Assembly: GCA_947478395.1 (NCBI GenBank)
Contig: CANJVR010000002.1
Span: 480,001-544,000 of the forward strand
From: Opitutia bacterium
GTDB taxonomy: Bacteria > Verrucomicrobiota > Verrucomicrobiia > Opitutales > Opitutaceae
DNA: 64,000 nt
Direction of reading: 5' to 3'
Position 1 is the first letter of the stretch. Every line of letters starts with the position of its first letter. Made by a program: the position numbers and the translations under genes. This document shows positions 20,374-30,679 of the stretch, piece by piece. The notes under the pieces were generated by a model. It saw only the letters and a list, made by a program, of their open reading frames with translations, had not been told where the DNA came from and searched no databases.

Positions 20374-21564
20374 GCGGAAGAGTTTCGTTGCCGTCTCTTC
20401 GAAGCAGCGGCGCCACACGATGTAGTTGTGCACGCCGTCCATCTCAAAAAACGTGTGACGGAGGTTCGCCTTGGTGAGGCTGGCGTCGAGGTTCTGGGCG
20501 GTGCGGAAGGCGGAATCCTGCCGGCCACAGCCGATCCACAAGAGCTTCAGTTTCGCGTTAGTGCCGGCAGCGTCGCTGACCAGGGAAGCGAAACGGGTCT
20601 CGAAATTACCGATGGGAGCCGAGCTGAACCCGGCGACGGCAGCAAAGAGTTCGAGGTGGCTGAGTCCGGTCTTGAGTGCCTGGCCGCCGCCCATTGAGAG
20701 GCCCATGACAGCGCGGTGTTCGCGATCGGTGACGGCGCGGTATTTTTTTTCCACCGTGGGAATGACTTCCTCCAGGAGGTACCGATCGAGGGCGGCGTCA
20801 TTATCCCCACCGCCCCGGGTGCCCGGCATCATGTTCGATCCCGGCAGCGCGTAGCCGGAAGGCATGACGATGATCATCGGCAGCATTCGTTTCGCCGCGA
20901 TCAGGTTGTCGGCCACAAAGTTTACGCGGCCTGCCGCCGTCCAATCGCTCGCGAAGGACGAAGCGCCGTGGAGGAGATAGAGCACGGGGTAGCGGGTGGT
21001 GCCGCTCGGGTCGTAGTCCGGCGGCGTGTAAACGAAGAAGTGCCGGGTATCCGCCGCGACTTTCGAATTGTGCCAAACCGTATCGACCTCGCCGTGGGGC
21101 ACGTCGGTGCGCGCCTCCCACAGTTCAGGCTTTTCGGTGCCGGGAACGGCGACGAGGCTGACCGGAGAGCGCGTGCGCAGCTTGACCTGCGGGTTAACGG
21201 GATCGGCGATGTCGATGCCGTCCAGGGTGAAGTTGTAGAACCAGAAACTCGGATCGAGCGGTCCGAGGGTGACGGTCCAGACGCCGCGCTCGTCCTTGGT
21301 CATCGGGTGACGCTTGTTGTCGTCCCACTGGCCCATGACACTTACCTCAGTGGCTTTCGGAGCGAGCAGCCGAAATGTGACACGGCGGTCGGCGGCTACT
21401 TCGGGCGAAACGATCGAGGCCGCGCCGCCTCCGCCGTTACGACCGCGCGCGTCTTGGACCGCGGGTGCGCCGGCCGCAGGAGGCGTCTGGGCGAGGACCG
21501 CAGGAGCAAAAGATAAGGTCGCGGCAAGGACGAGCAGATGAGGAGATGCGAACGAGTTCTTCAT
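20371..21564 (-). CDS. Secreted esterase with N-terminal E-set/CBM48-like domain (CE1/Fes-like alpha/beta hydrolase)
   Basis: SPEVAADRRVTFRL, VYTPPDY, YPVLYLLHG, GLSMGG nucleophile elbow, GVHNYIVWR. Confidence 0.88.
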   Translation of the reverse strand: MKNSFASPHLLVLAATLSFAPAVLAQTPPAAGAPAVQDARGRNGGGGAASIVSPEVAADRRVTFRLLAPKATEVSVMGQWDDNKRHPMTKDERGVWTVTLGPLDPSFWFYNFTLDGIDIADPVNPQVKLRTRSPVSLVAVPGTEKPELWEARTDVPHGEVDTVWHNSKVAADTRHFFVYTPPDYDPSGTTRYPVLYLLHGASSFASDWTAAGRVNFVADNLIAAKRMLPMIIVMPSGYALPGSNMMPGTRGGGDNDAALDRYLLEEVIPTVEKKYRAVTDREHRAVMGLSMGGGQALKTGLSHLELFAAVAGFSSAPIGNFETRFASLVSDAAGTNAKLKLLWIGCGRQDSAFRTAQNLDASLTKANLRHTFFEMDGVHNYIVWRRCFEETATKLFR

Positions 21565-21992
21565 TGGGGTGGCTACGGATTGCAGGGGTTTTGAGAGGCC
21601 TAAGAGCACAGAATTACGAGCTCACGTTCGACGCTGCGGGATCCACGCGTCGACGGCAAGGCCGCCTTGCTCGGGTTGACGTTCAATGCCCGACGCTGTC
21701 GGAGGCGCCCAATTTTTTCCTTCGTCGAGCGCTACGAGGACTTCGCGCGCCATTCTGGCACGATACTACAAAACGGAACGCGGCGATCGAGAAGGACAGC
21801 CCGTGCGCTTGGTCAGCGGATCCAAGGCGGCAACATCACGTTCATTCTCGAGCCCGACACGACACCCGCGCGGAGACCGATCGCGTGTTTGCCACGCTCA
21901 GAGAAGGCGGCACCGTAAATTGGCTTCCGGTCCAAAATGCCGGCGGGCGCGTCATTCGTGTGACGCTCGATCTACCCCCACCCTATTGCCCC

Positions 21993-23738
21993 ATGAATAA
22001 CTATGCCCGATTAGTCTTCGCTCTCGCGCTCGCTTTGCCGAGCGCCGCGCTTTTTGCCCAAGGCGCCGGCAACAACGCTGATCACCAGGAAATGTTAGCC
22101 AAGCTCGGCATCACCGCACCGCTCCGCTCCGGCCCGGCCGGCCGGCTGGCCGCGGATGGCTCGGCGCCGGCCAACTACGCGAACTACGACGAGAGCAAGG
22201 CCGCGGCCAAATCACCCGTGCCGCCGCTCCTCGCCATGGCGGACGGTCGCAAAATTACCACGCCGGCGATGTGGGCGGAACGCCGTAAGGAGCTCTTCGA
22301 AATTTTTGATCGCGAATTCTACGGCCGCCTGCCCGAGGCCGCGAAGTCCATTAAAGTGACGTGGGAAATTACGGCCACCACGCAGGGCATGAGCGGCAAC
22401 ATTCCGACGATTACGCGCACCTTGGTCGGGCACGTCGATCCGACCTACTATCCGGAAATCAAAGTGGACATCGCCGCCTCAGTCACAACTCCGGCCAATG
22501 CCGCCGGCAAAGTGCCGATCATCATGGTGTGGGGTGGCGGCGGCGGCTTGGGGCGCGGTGGTCCAATGGTGCCGCCACTACCGACCCTCGCGCAGCTCCA
22601 GACGGCGTTGACCCTCACCGAAGCGCAGAGCACCGCGATCGCGCCGCTCCTTGAAAATGCGCTGAAACCGCAACGCGACCTCGCCAGCACGCCGAATACT
22701 CCACCGGACGCGGCCACCAAGGTCCGCACCGAGCTCAGCGAGAAAATCGGCGTGATTCTCACTGAGCAACAGAAGCCTCGCCTAGCGCAGGCGCTGCCCG
22801 TCGGCGGCGCCCGCGGCCCCGCACGAGGGCCCGCGCCTACCATCAGCAACAATCCACCGTTTCCGAACGGCGCGACGACCTGGCAGCAAGCGGCCGTTTC
22901 GCTCGGCTGGGGCTACGGCAACCTCAATCCCGCGAGTATCCAAGCCGACAGCGGCGGCGAGAATTTGCGCAAAGGTATCATCGGGCTCATCAACAAAGGC
23001 CAAAGCCGTAAGCCCGACGATTGGGGCTCGCTCCGTGCGTGGGCGTGGGCCGCAGGGCGTTTAATGGATTTTTTTGAAACCGATAGACTTGTCGACGCCA
23101 TGCAAGTCGCGTTCGAGGGTCACTCACGGTACGGCAAGGCAACGCTCGCCACGCTCGTCTACGAACCGCGCGTATTAACTGGTTTCGTCAGTTCGTCGGG
23201 CGAAGGTGGCGCGAAGATCTGGCGCCACCTCATCGGTGAACAAGTCGAGACTCTGGCCGGCACCGGGGAATACCACTGGATGGCGGGCAACTTTCTAAAA
23301 TACGCCGGCCCGCTCACCGTGGACGATCTACCTGCCGACGCGCACCAATTCGTCGCCCTCGTCGCACCGCGTCCGATTTTTGTGAGCGGTGGTGAGTACG
23401 TGGAATTCAACGGCGCGCCCGGTCACCCCGGAACCCGTTACAGCGGCGAATCGTGGCAGGACACGCCGGGTACGTTCATGGCGACCGCCGGGGCCAGCCC
23501 CGTTTGGAAACTACTCGGTAAAAAACCCCTGAGTAACGACGCGTTGAAACTACGCTTTGACGACGTCCCTGACCCCATGGCGCTGAAGGCAAAGATGCCG
23601 CCACCGCTGACTCCGTTGATCGATGGCGACATCGCTTTCCGTCAGCACGACCAAGGTCACACCGATGCCCCGAATTGGTCGACGTTCATCGAGTTCGCCG
23701 GACACTACTTTAAATCCCCCGGCTTCAAGAAGAGCTGA
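21993..23738 (+). CDS. CE15 glucuronoyl esterase-like protein, secreted
   Basis: WGSLRAWAW, GHSRYGK motif, SSSGEGG, LVAPRP, QHDQGHT; signal peptide. Confidence 0.88.
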   Translation: MNNYARLVFALALALPSAALFAQGAGNNADHQEMLAKLGITAPLRSGPAGRLAADGSAPANYANYDESKAAAKSPVPPLLAMADGRKITTPAMWAERRKELFEIFDREFYGRLPEAAKSIKVTWEITATTQGMSGNIPTITRTLVGHVDPTYYPEIKVDIAASVTTPANAAGKVPIIMVWGGGGGLGRGGPMVPPLPTLAQLQTALTLTEAQSTAIAPLLENALKPQRDLASTPNTPPDAATKVRTELSEKIGVILTEQQKPRLAQALPVGGARGPARGPAPTISNNPPFPNGATTWQQAAVSLGWGYGNLNPASIQADSGGENLRKGIIGLINKGQSRKPDDWGSLRAWAWAAGRLMDFFETDRLVDAMQVAFEGHSRYGKATLATLVYEPRVLTGFVSSSGEGGAKIWRHLIGEQVETLAGTGEYHWMAGNFLKYAGPLTVDDLPADAHQFVALVAPRPIFVSGGEYVEFNGAPGHPGTRYSGESWQDTPGTFMATAGASPVWKLLGKKPLSNDALKLRFDDVPDPMALKAKMPPPLTPLIDGDIAFRQHDQGHTDAPNWSTFIEFAGHYFKSPGFKKS

Positions 23739-23780
23739 TCGGCCGCTGGCCGGCGCCGCCTTCGCGCGGCAACCTTAGGG

Positions 23781-24878
23781 TCAGCGGACCTTGAGGTTTT
23801 CCAGACCGGCGTTCGAAACGTGGTAGACCGCGAAGGAGGCCAGCCAATGCTCGCCTTCGTACGTGCCGCTGAAGACATGCTTGAAGCCCGCGGCTTCGTG
23901 CACCTTAACTGCGGCTTCGAGCGTCGCGCGCCGCGGATCGTTGGCTGCGAGAGCTGACGCGACTCCGCGCAGGGTCCACGCGCGGCTCAAATTCAGCCCG
24001 ACCAGATGGACAATCCGCGGGTCCGTGAGATCGCTCACCTCCGCGGCTTTAGCCCAGTTGCCCAACTCGCCCGCCCGCAATCCCGGCAGGAACCCGTCGA
24101 GCCAACGCGAGAACTCGTCGCGCGAAAGCACGCGGCGCAACAGGTCGGCTTCGTTCAAACCCGGCGAGAAAAAATCTTCGCCCGATGGTTCGTAGCTTGT
24201 CGGATAATTTTTATCCGCGAGATAATAATCCCGCGCCCGCGCCGCCGCGATCCGCTCCAGCTCGGCGTCGCCGGTCGCGCGCGCGTAATCGATGATCTGG
24301 CTGAGCGCGAACGCCGTATCCGGATGCACACCCGTGCGCACGGGATAAGTCAGCCGCGGTAAGAATTCCTTGGTCAGCGCGACGATTTTCTTTTCGAGCG
24401 GCTCAATGGCTTTGGCCCACTGGCGCCCGTCGGGATCGTCCCAATTTTTCAGTTCGGCGGCCAGCCGCAGCGTCCAAGCCCAGCCATACATGCGCTCGAA
24501 ACTTTTGTTTTCCTTCGGTTCGAAATAGGCGGCTTCGGCGGCGAGGTTCTGCGCCGTGAGGTGCCGCCCGATCACCGCGCGCGTCTCGGCGGCGTGGGGC
24601 AAATCGGGCGCAAGACGCAGCAGCCGCACCACCAGCCAATGTCCGTGCACGCACGAGTGCCAGTCGAAGTTACCGTAGAACGCCGGGTGCATCGCCTTCG
24701 GGCTCATGAGGTCTTTTTCATCGCGTAACGTCTGGCCCGGCTTGTTTGGATATTCGCGATCGATGCCCTTCAACGCGAGTTGCACAAACGCTGCCGCGCG
24801 CTCCGGGTCCATGCCATCAGCCGCCAACGCCGCCGCGCTCACGCTCGCGCCGAGAACAATCATTCGCATCAGTTTCAT
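23781..24878 (-). CDS. DUF2891 family protein with signal peptide
   Basis: HPAFYGNFDWHSCVHGHW, FERMYGWAW, SGEDFFSP, HLVGLNLSRAW, YEGEHWLASFA. Confidence 0.85.
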   Translation of the reverse strand: MKLMRMIVLGASVSAAALAADGMDPERAAAFVQLALKGIDREYPNKPGQTLRDEKDLMSPKAMHPAFYGNFDWHSCVHGHWLVVRLLRLAPDLPHAAETRAVIGRHLTAQNLAAEAAYFEPKENKSFERMYGWAWTLRLAAELKNWDDPDGRQWAKAIEPLEKKIVALTKEFLPRLTYPVRTGVHPDTAFALSQIIDYARATGDAELERIAAARARDYYLADKNYPTSYEPSGEDFFSPGLNEADLLRRVLSRDEFSRWLDGFLPGLRAGELGNWAKAAEVSDLTDPRIVHLVGLNLSRAWTLRGVASALAANDPRRATLEAAVKVHEAAGFKHVFSGTYEGEHWLASFAVYHVSNAGLENLKVR

Positions 24879-25045
24879 GCCGACGACGAGGAAGGAACTT
24901 GCCCCCGGCGTCGAGCCGACACGCATGAATCGAGGGCCACCTCTGCGCCCGCGTCGGCGGTTCCCCTCTCCTCTCAATCATCAAGGCGCGCCCCTGCGGC
25001 GCGCGCCAAATGGCTCGTTCGAGCTAGAGCCGTTTAACCCAAAGC

Positions 25046-25076
25046 GTAGCGGCAGGCGTCCCTGCCTGCCGCCACG
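25046..25076. repeat. GTAG-type REP, family B
   Basis: gtagcggcaggcgtccctgcctgccg, nearly identical to 31582-31607. Confidence 0.7.
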
Positions 25077-25141
25077 CAAAACGGCCGAGTAAAAACTTAA
25101 ACCGCTCAGAGTGAGAACGGCCTTCCCCGCTTCAGAAAACC

Positions 25142-26227
25142 TCAGGCGCCCGAGACCATCGCCGGATAATCGGTATAACCTCGCGGGCCTGGGCTGTAGA
25201 ACGTGTTAGCATCCGGCTCGGTCAGCGCGACGCCCGCCGCGACCCGGGCCACGAGGTCCGGATTGCTGATGTAGTGATGGCCAAATGCGATGGCATCCGC
25301 GGTGCCGGCCGCAACCGTACGCTCAGCTTCTTCGGGCGTGTAGCCCATCCCGCAGAGGAGCGCCCCCTTGAACTCCCGGCGCGCCCGCGTGACGACGTCG
25401 CCTTTTTGCAGGCCGAAGAAATCGCCGCGCATCAAATCGAGAAACGCGAGGCCGCGGCGATTCATCTCCGCCGCCACGTAACCCGTCAGCGCCACCGGGT
25501 CGCTGTCCTTCATATCATTGTAGCTGTTGAGCGGGGAAATGCGGACGCCCACGCGCCCGGCGCCCCAGACGGCGGTGGCCGCATCGACCACCTCGAGTAG
25601 CAGCCGCGCGCGATGAGCGATCGGACCGCCATAAGCGCCCGTGCGCTGATTGCTGCCGTCGCGCAAAAACTCATCGAGCAGATAACCATTGGCGCCGTGC
25701 ACTTCGACCCCATCGAAGCCGGCCAATTTCGCGTTCTCCGCCGCGTGTCGGAATCCGGCCACGATGCCCGGCAACTCGTCGTCGCGGAGTGCCCGCGGCT
25801 CCTCGTAGGGTTTCTTACCCTGCGGGGTGTAGGTTTCGTCATTCGTGATCCGCAGCGGACTGGGCGCGACGGGTTGCGCGCCATCGTTCAACAACGAATG
25901 ACAGGCCCGGCCGCCGTGCCAGATCTGGCAGAAAATTTTTCCGCCGCGCGCGTGTACGCTGTCGGTCACTTTTTTCCACGCGGCTACTTGCGCCGCGGAA
26001 TAGATCCCAGGCTCACATCCAGCGAACGCCGAGTGGCCCTCGATCGCCATCGTCGCCTCGCTGAGGATCAAACCAGAGCTCGCGCGTTGCGTGTAATATT
26101 CGACCACGGGATCGGTCGGCACGTGTTGAGCGTCAGCGCGGCAGCGCGTGAGGGCGGACATGACAATACGATTCGGGAGCGTAAGGGCGCCGAGCGTAAC
26201 GGGAGTGAAGAGTGAAGCGTGATGCAT
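25142..26227 (-). CDS. Old Yellow Enzyme / alkene reductase (NemA-like)
   Basis: NRIVMSALTRCRA, QIWHGGR, GFDGVEVHGANGYLLDEFL, FYSPGPRGYTDYP. Confidence 0.93.
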   Translation of the reverse strand: MHHASLFTPVTLGALTLPNRIVMSALTRCRADAQHVPTDPVVEYYTQRASSGLILSEATMAIEGHSAFAGCEPGIYSAAQVAAWKKVTDSVHARGGKIFCQIWHGGRACHSLLNDGAQPVAPSPLRITNDETYTPQGKKPYEEPRALRDDELPGIVAGFRHAAENAKLAGFDGVEVHGANGYLLDEFLRDGSNQRTGAYGGPIAHRARLLLEVVDAATAVWGAGRVGVRISPLNSYNDMKDSDPVALTGYVAAEMNRRGLAFLDLMRGDFFGLQKGDVVTRARREFKGALLCGMGYTPEEAERTVAAGTADAIAFGHHYISNPDLVARVAAGVALTEPDANTFYSPGPRGYTDYPAMVSGA

Positions 26228-26455
26228 GGTTGGAGATTTCTAGAAGCCGCAGTCTGAAGGAAATGGCGCGAAGCGCAATTAGGCCGGGTAGAATACGCCA
26301 CAAATTTCTCACGCGAACCGCAAAGTCTACGCCGAAACGCGGACCGAACGGGAGCCTGCCGCAGCGGGCGAGCGAAGCTCACGTGCCCGCGACCCCGGGC
26401 TGGCCCGATCAAGGCCGGGCACTTGCGCCCGGCGTCGCGACGCGTTGAGTGAGGT

Positions 26456-26995
26456 ATGCTTAAATTCATTTTCCTCACCGCCAGCGGTGCGTTCGCACTC
26501 GGCGCCCTCGCGGGTTGTTCATCCACCGCCGTCGCGCCGCTCCGCACCGTTGAGCACGTCGATCTCGACCGCTACCTCGGACGCTGGAACGTAATCGCGA
26601 ACATTCCCTACTTCCTCGAGCACGGCAAAGTCGCGAGTTACGACACCTACGCGAGGCGTCCCGACGGCCGGCTTGATAACACCTTCACGTTTCGGAAAGG
26701 GAGCTTCGACGCGCCTGAGCAAAGCTGGCGGGGCGTCGCCTGGGTTACGAACACGACGACCAACGCCGAGTGGAAAGTTCGCTTCATCTGGCCGCTGGCC
26801 ACCACGTATCTCGTGCTCGAGCTCGATCCTGACTATCGCTGGGCGGTCGTCGCCACGCCCGGCCGCAACCTGCTTTGGATCCTTGCACGCGACCAACAGA
26901 TGTCCCCGGCGGACTACGAGCACGTGCTCACGTTGATCGAGAAACAGGGCTACGACCGCACCGCGATCAAACCCGTGCCGCAGCCGGGGTCCTAG
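26456..26995 (+). CDS. blc: Bacterial lipocalin lipoprotein
   Basis: Lipobox LAGC, VDLDRYLGRW, LDPDYRWAVV, LWILAR. Confidence 0.9.
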   Translation: MLKFIFLTASGAFALGALAGCSSTAVAPLRTVEHVDLDRYLGRWNVIANIPYFLEHGKVASYDTYARRPDGRLDNTFTFRKGSFDAPEQSWRGVAWVTNTTTNAEWKVRFIWPLATTYLVLELDPDYRWAVVATPGRNLLWILARDQQMSPADYEHVLTLIEKQGYDRTAIKPVPQPGS

Positions 26996-27527
26996 GAAAC
27001 CCGGTGTGATTCAGCGCTCGACGTCCGCTGCCCCGTCGACGGTCGATTGGCCCACCCACCAGCCCCAGCAAGGTTGGCCACGAAAAGGCCCAAAACTTTC
27101 GACCTGTTGGACTCGCATTTCCCGCGCCGAGAGGCGCTCTGCGTCGGCGGATCTACGGCCCTTCCTCTGGCACGCCACGCCCATTCTACGGCTGCGGTTC
27201 TTCGCGATTTTCTTCGCAAGTTCCTTGGCGCAATGAAGACATGGCTGCAGGCCCACGAACTTTTGTGCTTTTTGTCGCCAAACTCAGCGGCCTAGATTCC
27301 CGAGCCGTGGCGTGGCGCTGGATATGTTCCTCGGTTGAGCTGGAGCGATGACGACAGGTTCCCCGCCGAAACCCATCAAACACCTCGACTGATCACAGGC
27401 TCCGGAAAATGCCCGCACTGATATCACACGTTGAAAAAACGTCGGACCAACGTTACTCCGTTGCAATCGGCGCCCATTGCTATCGAATTTGTTTGCCGCT
27501 CCCCCCGTGTTACCCCGCCCCTGCACC

Positions 27528-27836
27528 ATGAAAGAGCCCCGCAATTACGTCATTCTATTTCTCTGTCTGGTCGGATTGGGCGAAGGCGCGCTTCTGTGGC
27601 AACAGAGGACGGAACTCAACGACGTGGCCTTTCGCGCCGGGATCGCTGAAAAAAACTTTACCCAGGCCAACACCGAACGGGCTGTGCTGGAAAAACACGT
27701 TCGAGATTTGGAGGAACGGACCCCCACGGCCCAAGGCGATCTCGCGGCCGCGCGCAATCGACCGGGACGTCTCGCGGCGGAACCAGGTCAGGATCGCAAA
27801 TCAATCGATCGCACGAGCCGGCGTAAGCAGCAGTGA
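27528..27836 (+). CDS. Small membrane-anchored coiled-coil hypothetical protein, possibly truncated
   Basis: N-terminal hydrophobic helix (YVILFLCLVGLGEGALLW) followed by a heptad-like segment. Confidence 0.55.
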   Translation: MKEPRNYVILFLCLVGLGEGALLWQQRTELNDVAFRAGIAEKNFTQANTERAVLEKHVRDLEERTPTAQGDLAAARNRPGRLAAEPGQDRKSIDRTSRRKQQ

Positions 27837-27950
27837 AAGTCGGCCGGATTTCGCAGCAAGATCTTGGGTTGACGACCGCTAAATCCGTCCCGGAAGACCC
27901 GACCACCTGACGAAAAGTGCCGGGATCTCCGAGTCTGGCTTGCTCGGCGC

Positions 27951-28862
27951 CTAGCGCAAAACTTTCCCCTTCATCACGTCATCCGGCAGGTCGAGGACTT
28001 CAAACTGAGCGATGGTTTTGAATTTGGTGCGGTCGGAATATTCCCAGACGATTTTTTTGTCGCGGGTGATTTCAAAAACCTGCGCCTGCTGGCCGACATA
28101 GTCCGGACCAAGATCGTTGCATAAAATCGTGTTTCCGTTCGGCAGACGTTGAAAGCCCGTCACGCTGTACAATGGATTTCCCGCGACGTCCTTTTCGCTG
28201 ACTTCCCATACGACCTTCAGGTTAGCATCGAGCTCCTGGAGTTTCCGTCCATCGCCCAACGCGATCAGCAAGTGACCATCCGGCAAGCGCACCGCGAGGC
28301 GAGGATCGCCCTGCACCGGAATTCGGCGCAGCGAATTGCCGCCCGCGTCCAGCTCTTCGACCACATGCTCGGCTTTGCGACACACCAGATAATGGCCATC
28401 GGCCGATTGCCGCGCGGCGCCGAATCGTTCACTTACCTCCACTTGCAAATCCGGGTGCGGCGGAGTGAGCCGCATCTCTTTCAGAACCATTCCCAATGTA
28501 TCGACTTCCACGAGGCGGCACGGTCCGTTCTCCACGACGAGACAGCGGCCATTGGGCAAGGGCTGACAGGACGAAACGTCTGCGCCCGACTCGGCGACGT
28601 ATTCCCAAAGCGTGCGGCCGTCGTCCAGTTTCTCCATGACGCCGCCGGCGTAACTGAAAACGAAATTGCCGTCCGAGGTGGCCCAACAATCGCGCGGGCC
28701 TTTACATGCGAATTCCCAATACACCCGCCCGCTGAGCGAGACCGCCGCGACTTTCCCGCCGACCGGATCCGTGCCAAGAAACGGATGCGCCGCACGAAGG
28801 CCACCGGCGATCGCACCGAAAAACACCAAAGCCCAGAGCGAGAGAGAAGACCGTTTATTCAT
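27951..28862 (-). CDS. Secreted beta-propeller repeat protein (PQQ/arylsulfotransferase-like repeats)
   Basis: Signal peptide; repeated (Q/R)LP(N/D)G and ..VWE blade motifs. Confidence 0.75.
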   Translation of the reverse strand: MNKRSSLSLWALVFFGAIAGGLRAAHPFLGTDPVGGKVAAVSLSGRVYWEFACKGPRDCWATSDGNFVFSYAGGVMEKLDDGRTLWEYVAESGADVSSCQPLPNGRCLVVENGPCRLVEVDTLGMVLKEMRLTPPHPDLQVEVSERFGAARQSADGHYLVCRKAEHVVEELDAGGNSLRRIPVQGDPRLAVRLPDGHLLIALGDGRKLQELDANLKVVWEVSEKDVAGNPLYSVTGFQRLPNGNTILCNDLGPDYVGQQAQVFEITRDKKIVWEYSDRTKFKTIAQFEVLDLPDDVMKGKVLR

Positions 28863-29038
28863 AGGGTAAAAGCGGAGAAGAAGTGGGAGATGCGATACCC
28901 ACCCTGCAAATCTTTGCAAACTCAACGCAATGTCGACCCCTCCGAGGCCGCCCCGGAAACCGTATTAGTCCCCTGTAATGCGCTCTTCATTTTTTCGTTT
29001 TTTTGCCCTTCAATCCGAACTGGTACGCTTTCGTTTGC

Positions 29039-29317
29039 ATGAAAAAACCTGAACCACCTGTGACCGGCGTCGCGCATCGCATGCCGCGCACGCGGCCCGG
29101 CGACGCCGATCCACGCATCCGTGCCGTGCGCGCGATCAAGCGCAAACTCACGATCGCCGCGAGCGTGGTCGCGATTGTAATTTTGTGCCTCTTTTTTCCG
29201 CGCGCCCTCGCCTTCGTCGAGCTCGCCGCCCGCGAAATCCGTTACCTCTGGTGGCTGATCGCGATTCTCGCGCTCGGGCTTTGGCTGGCGTTTTTCTTCG
29301 GCAAAAAGCGCGAGTGA
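29039..29317 (+). CDS. Small two-TM membrane protein
   Basis: Two hydrophobic helices and a basic C-terminus (GKKRE). Confidence 0.65.
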   Translation: MKKPEPPVTGVAHRMPRTRPGDADPRIRAVRAIKRKLTIAASVVAIVILCLFFPRALAFVELAAREIRYLWWLIAILALGLWLAFFFGKKRE

Positions 29318-29380
29318 CGTTTCGGCCGGCGTCCCTGCCGCTACCTGCCTAACGGGCACGGAAAAAATAAACCGAGGCAC

Positions 29381-29683
29381 TCAACGGCCGTACTTGCCTC
29401 GACCGAGCATGATGTAGCCAGCAAAAATCGTCCAAGTCGGCGCCAGCTCTAGACCGGGAATTACCTCCGGGATCACCGCCACCAGGATTTCCCAGCGCCA
29501 GCCCCAAAGAAGAAGCACGGCAATCACCATCGCACCGTCCCAGACCGGCCAGAGAAAAGGGACCAGCCACTGCAGACCGTCCGCGGCCAGCGCGCACAGC
29601 AACGTCAGCGTGGAGCGGAGCATCCGTGAACCTGCGGGCGGCGTTCCGGGTGCGGCCTCGCGGATGACGATCGTACGTTTCAT
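29381..29683 (-). CDS. Small membrane protein
   Basis: ATG overlaps the upstream stop (ATGA); hydrophobic, with IPEVIPGLELAPTWT. Confidence 0.65.
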   Translation of the reverse strand: MKRTIVIREAAPGTPPAGSRMLRSTLTLLCALAADGLQWLVPFLWPVWDGAMVIAVLLLWGWRWEILVAVIPEVIPGLELAPTWTIFAGYIMLGRGKYGR

Positions 29684-30504
29684 CGGCCCTCGTAAAACCC
29701 GGGGATGGCGAAATCCGTGTCGACTGGGGTTTCCCCCGGAAAGAGCACTTGGATCGCGTTGATCCGGGCCGACCCCCAACTCGAGTCAACCGTGAGCCAG
29801 GTTTTCACGAAAGCCGCGATCGTCTTCCGCGCCGCACCGCGCACCGCGACCTCATGGACCAGCGCTTCGTGATTCAACCGGGGCGTGATGTCGGCGAGGG
29901 CCGCGTCGGTCATCTCCTGTCCATTCGAACGCAGCACACCCGTTTTTGCGCGAATTTCCAGGCCTCGGGTATCCACGTTCACCGGGGTGAGCACGCGCAA
30001 CGCCGGGGCGTGAACCACGCAGACTCGAACGCCGTCCTTTTCCAACGCTTCGATTTTCCAGGTGGCTTGCGGCCCCAAGAGCGGAACGTAGTAAAACGCG
30101 CGGCCGACGGCCCGTACCTCCGCCGTGCTATTACCGAAAATGTGCTCGTCGACGTTGGTGAATTTTAGATCGAGATCAATTTTGGCCACGATCAACGGAC
30201 CGAGTTTGTCCGTCGCGGTGACGCGCCCAATTTCCAATTCACTGCTCGAGCTGACGTGACTGCTCTGCAGAAAATTCCCGACGTGCTGCAGAAAACGGCC
30301 CGTGAGGGCCGCGCTTTTCTCGAGCGGTGACGTCGCGGCGCCGACCATTTCCAGCGGCGTGAAATGAGAAAGAAAAAGAAATCCAAAAACGACCGCCACG
30401 ACTGCGACCACCGCTGACGCGACGTATTTCATCGGATTGGTCGTCGGCCGCCGCTGGTCAATGATCTCCAAAATATCCTCTTCGTCTCTATTCGCCGGTG
30501 ACAT
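29680..30504 (-). CDS. Membrane-anchored hypothetical protein (possibly DUF4230-like)
   Basis: Single N-terminal TM followed by a beta-rich domain; the family call is tentative. Confidence 0.65.
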   Translation of the reverse strand: MSPANRDEEDILEIIDQRRPTTNPMKYVASAVVAVVAVVFGFLFLSHFTPLEMVGAATSPLEKSAALTGRFLQHVGNFLQSSHVSSSSELEIGRVTATDKLGPLIVAKIDLDLKFTNVDEHIFGNSTAEVRAVGRAFYYVPLLGPQATWKIEALEKDGVRVCVVHAPALRVLTPVNVDTRGLEIRAKTGVLRSNGQEMTDAALADITPRLNHEALVHEVAVRGAARKTIAAFVKTWLTVDSSWGSARINAIQVLFPGETPVDTDFAIPGFYEGR

Positions 30505-30571
30505 GCGTCCAACTTACGCGCGAGCCACGCCTCTGCACGTGAAAAACGAGAAGTTTTCTAGGTCAGATTGA

Positions 30572-30663
30572 AGGTAGGGCGCGTTATCCTTAACGCGCCG
30601 GTTCGGCGCAGCGTTTGTGGTGAGCCGAGTGGCAGCGGCGGGTTAAGGATAACTCGCCCTACC
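30572..30663. repeat. GTAG-type REPIN, family A
   Basis: aggtagggcgcgttatccttaacgcgccg...cggcgggttaaggataactcgccctacc; collinear with the reverse complement of 5685-5777, including the spacer. Confidence 0.85.
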
Positions 30664-30679
30664 CAAAACATGCGCCGGC

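Noticed and set aside
21756..21775. Sigma-54 promoter-like TGGCACG
   Set aside because: The -12 TTGC element is absent at the required spacing.
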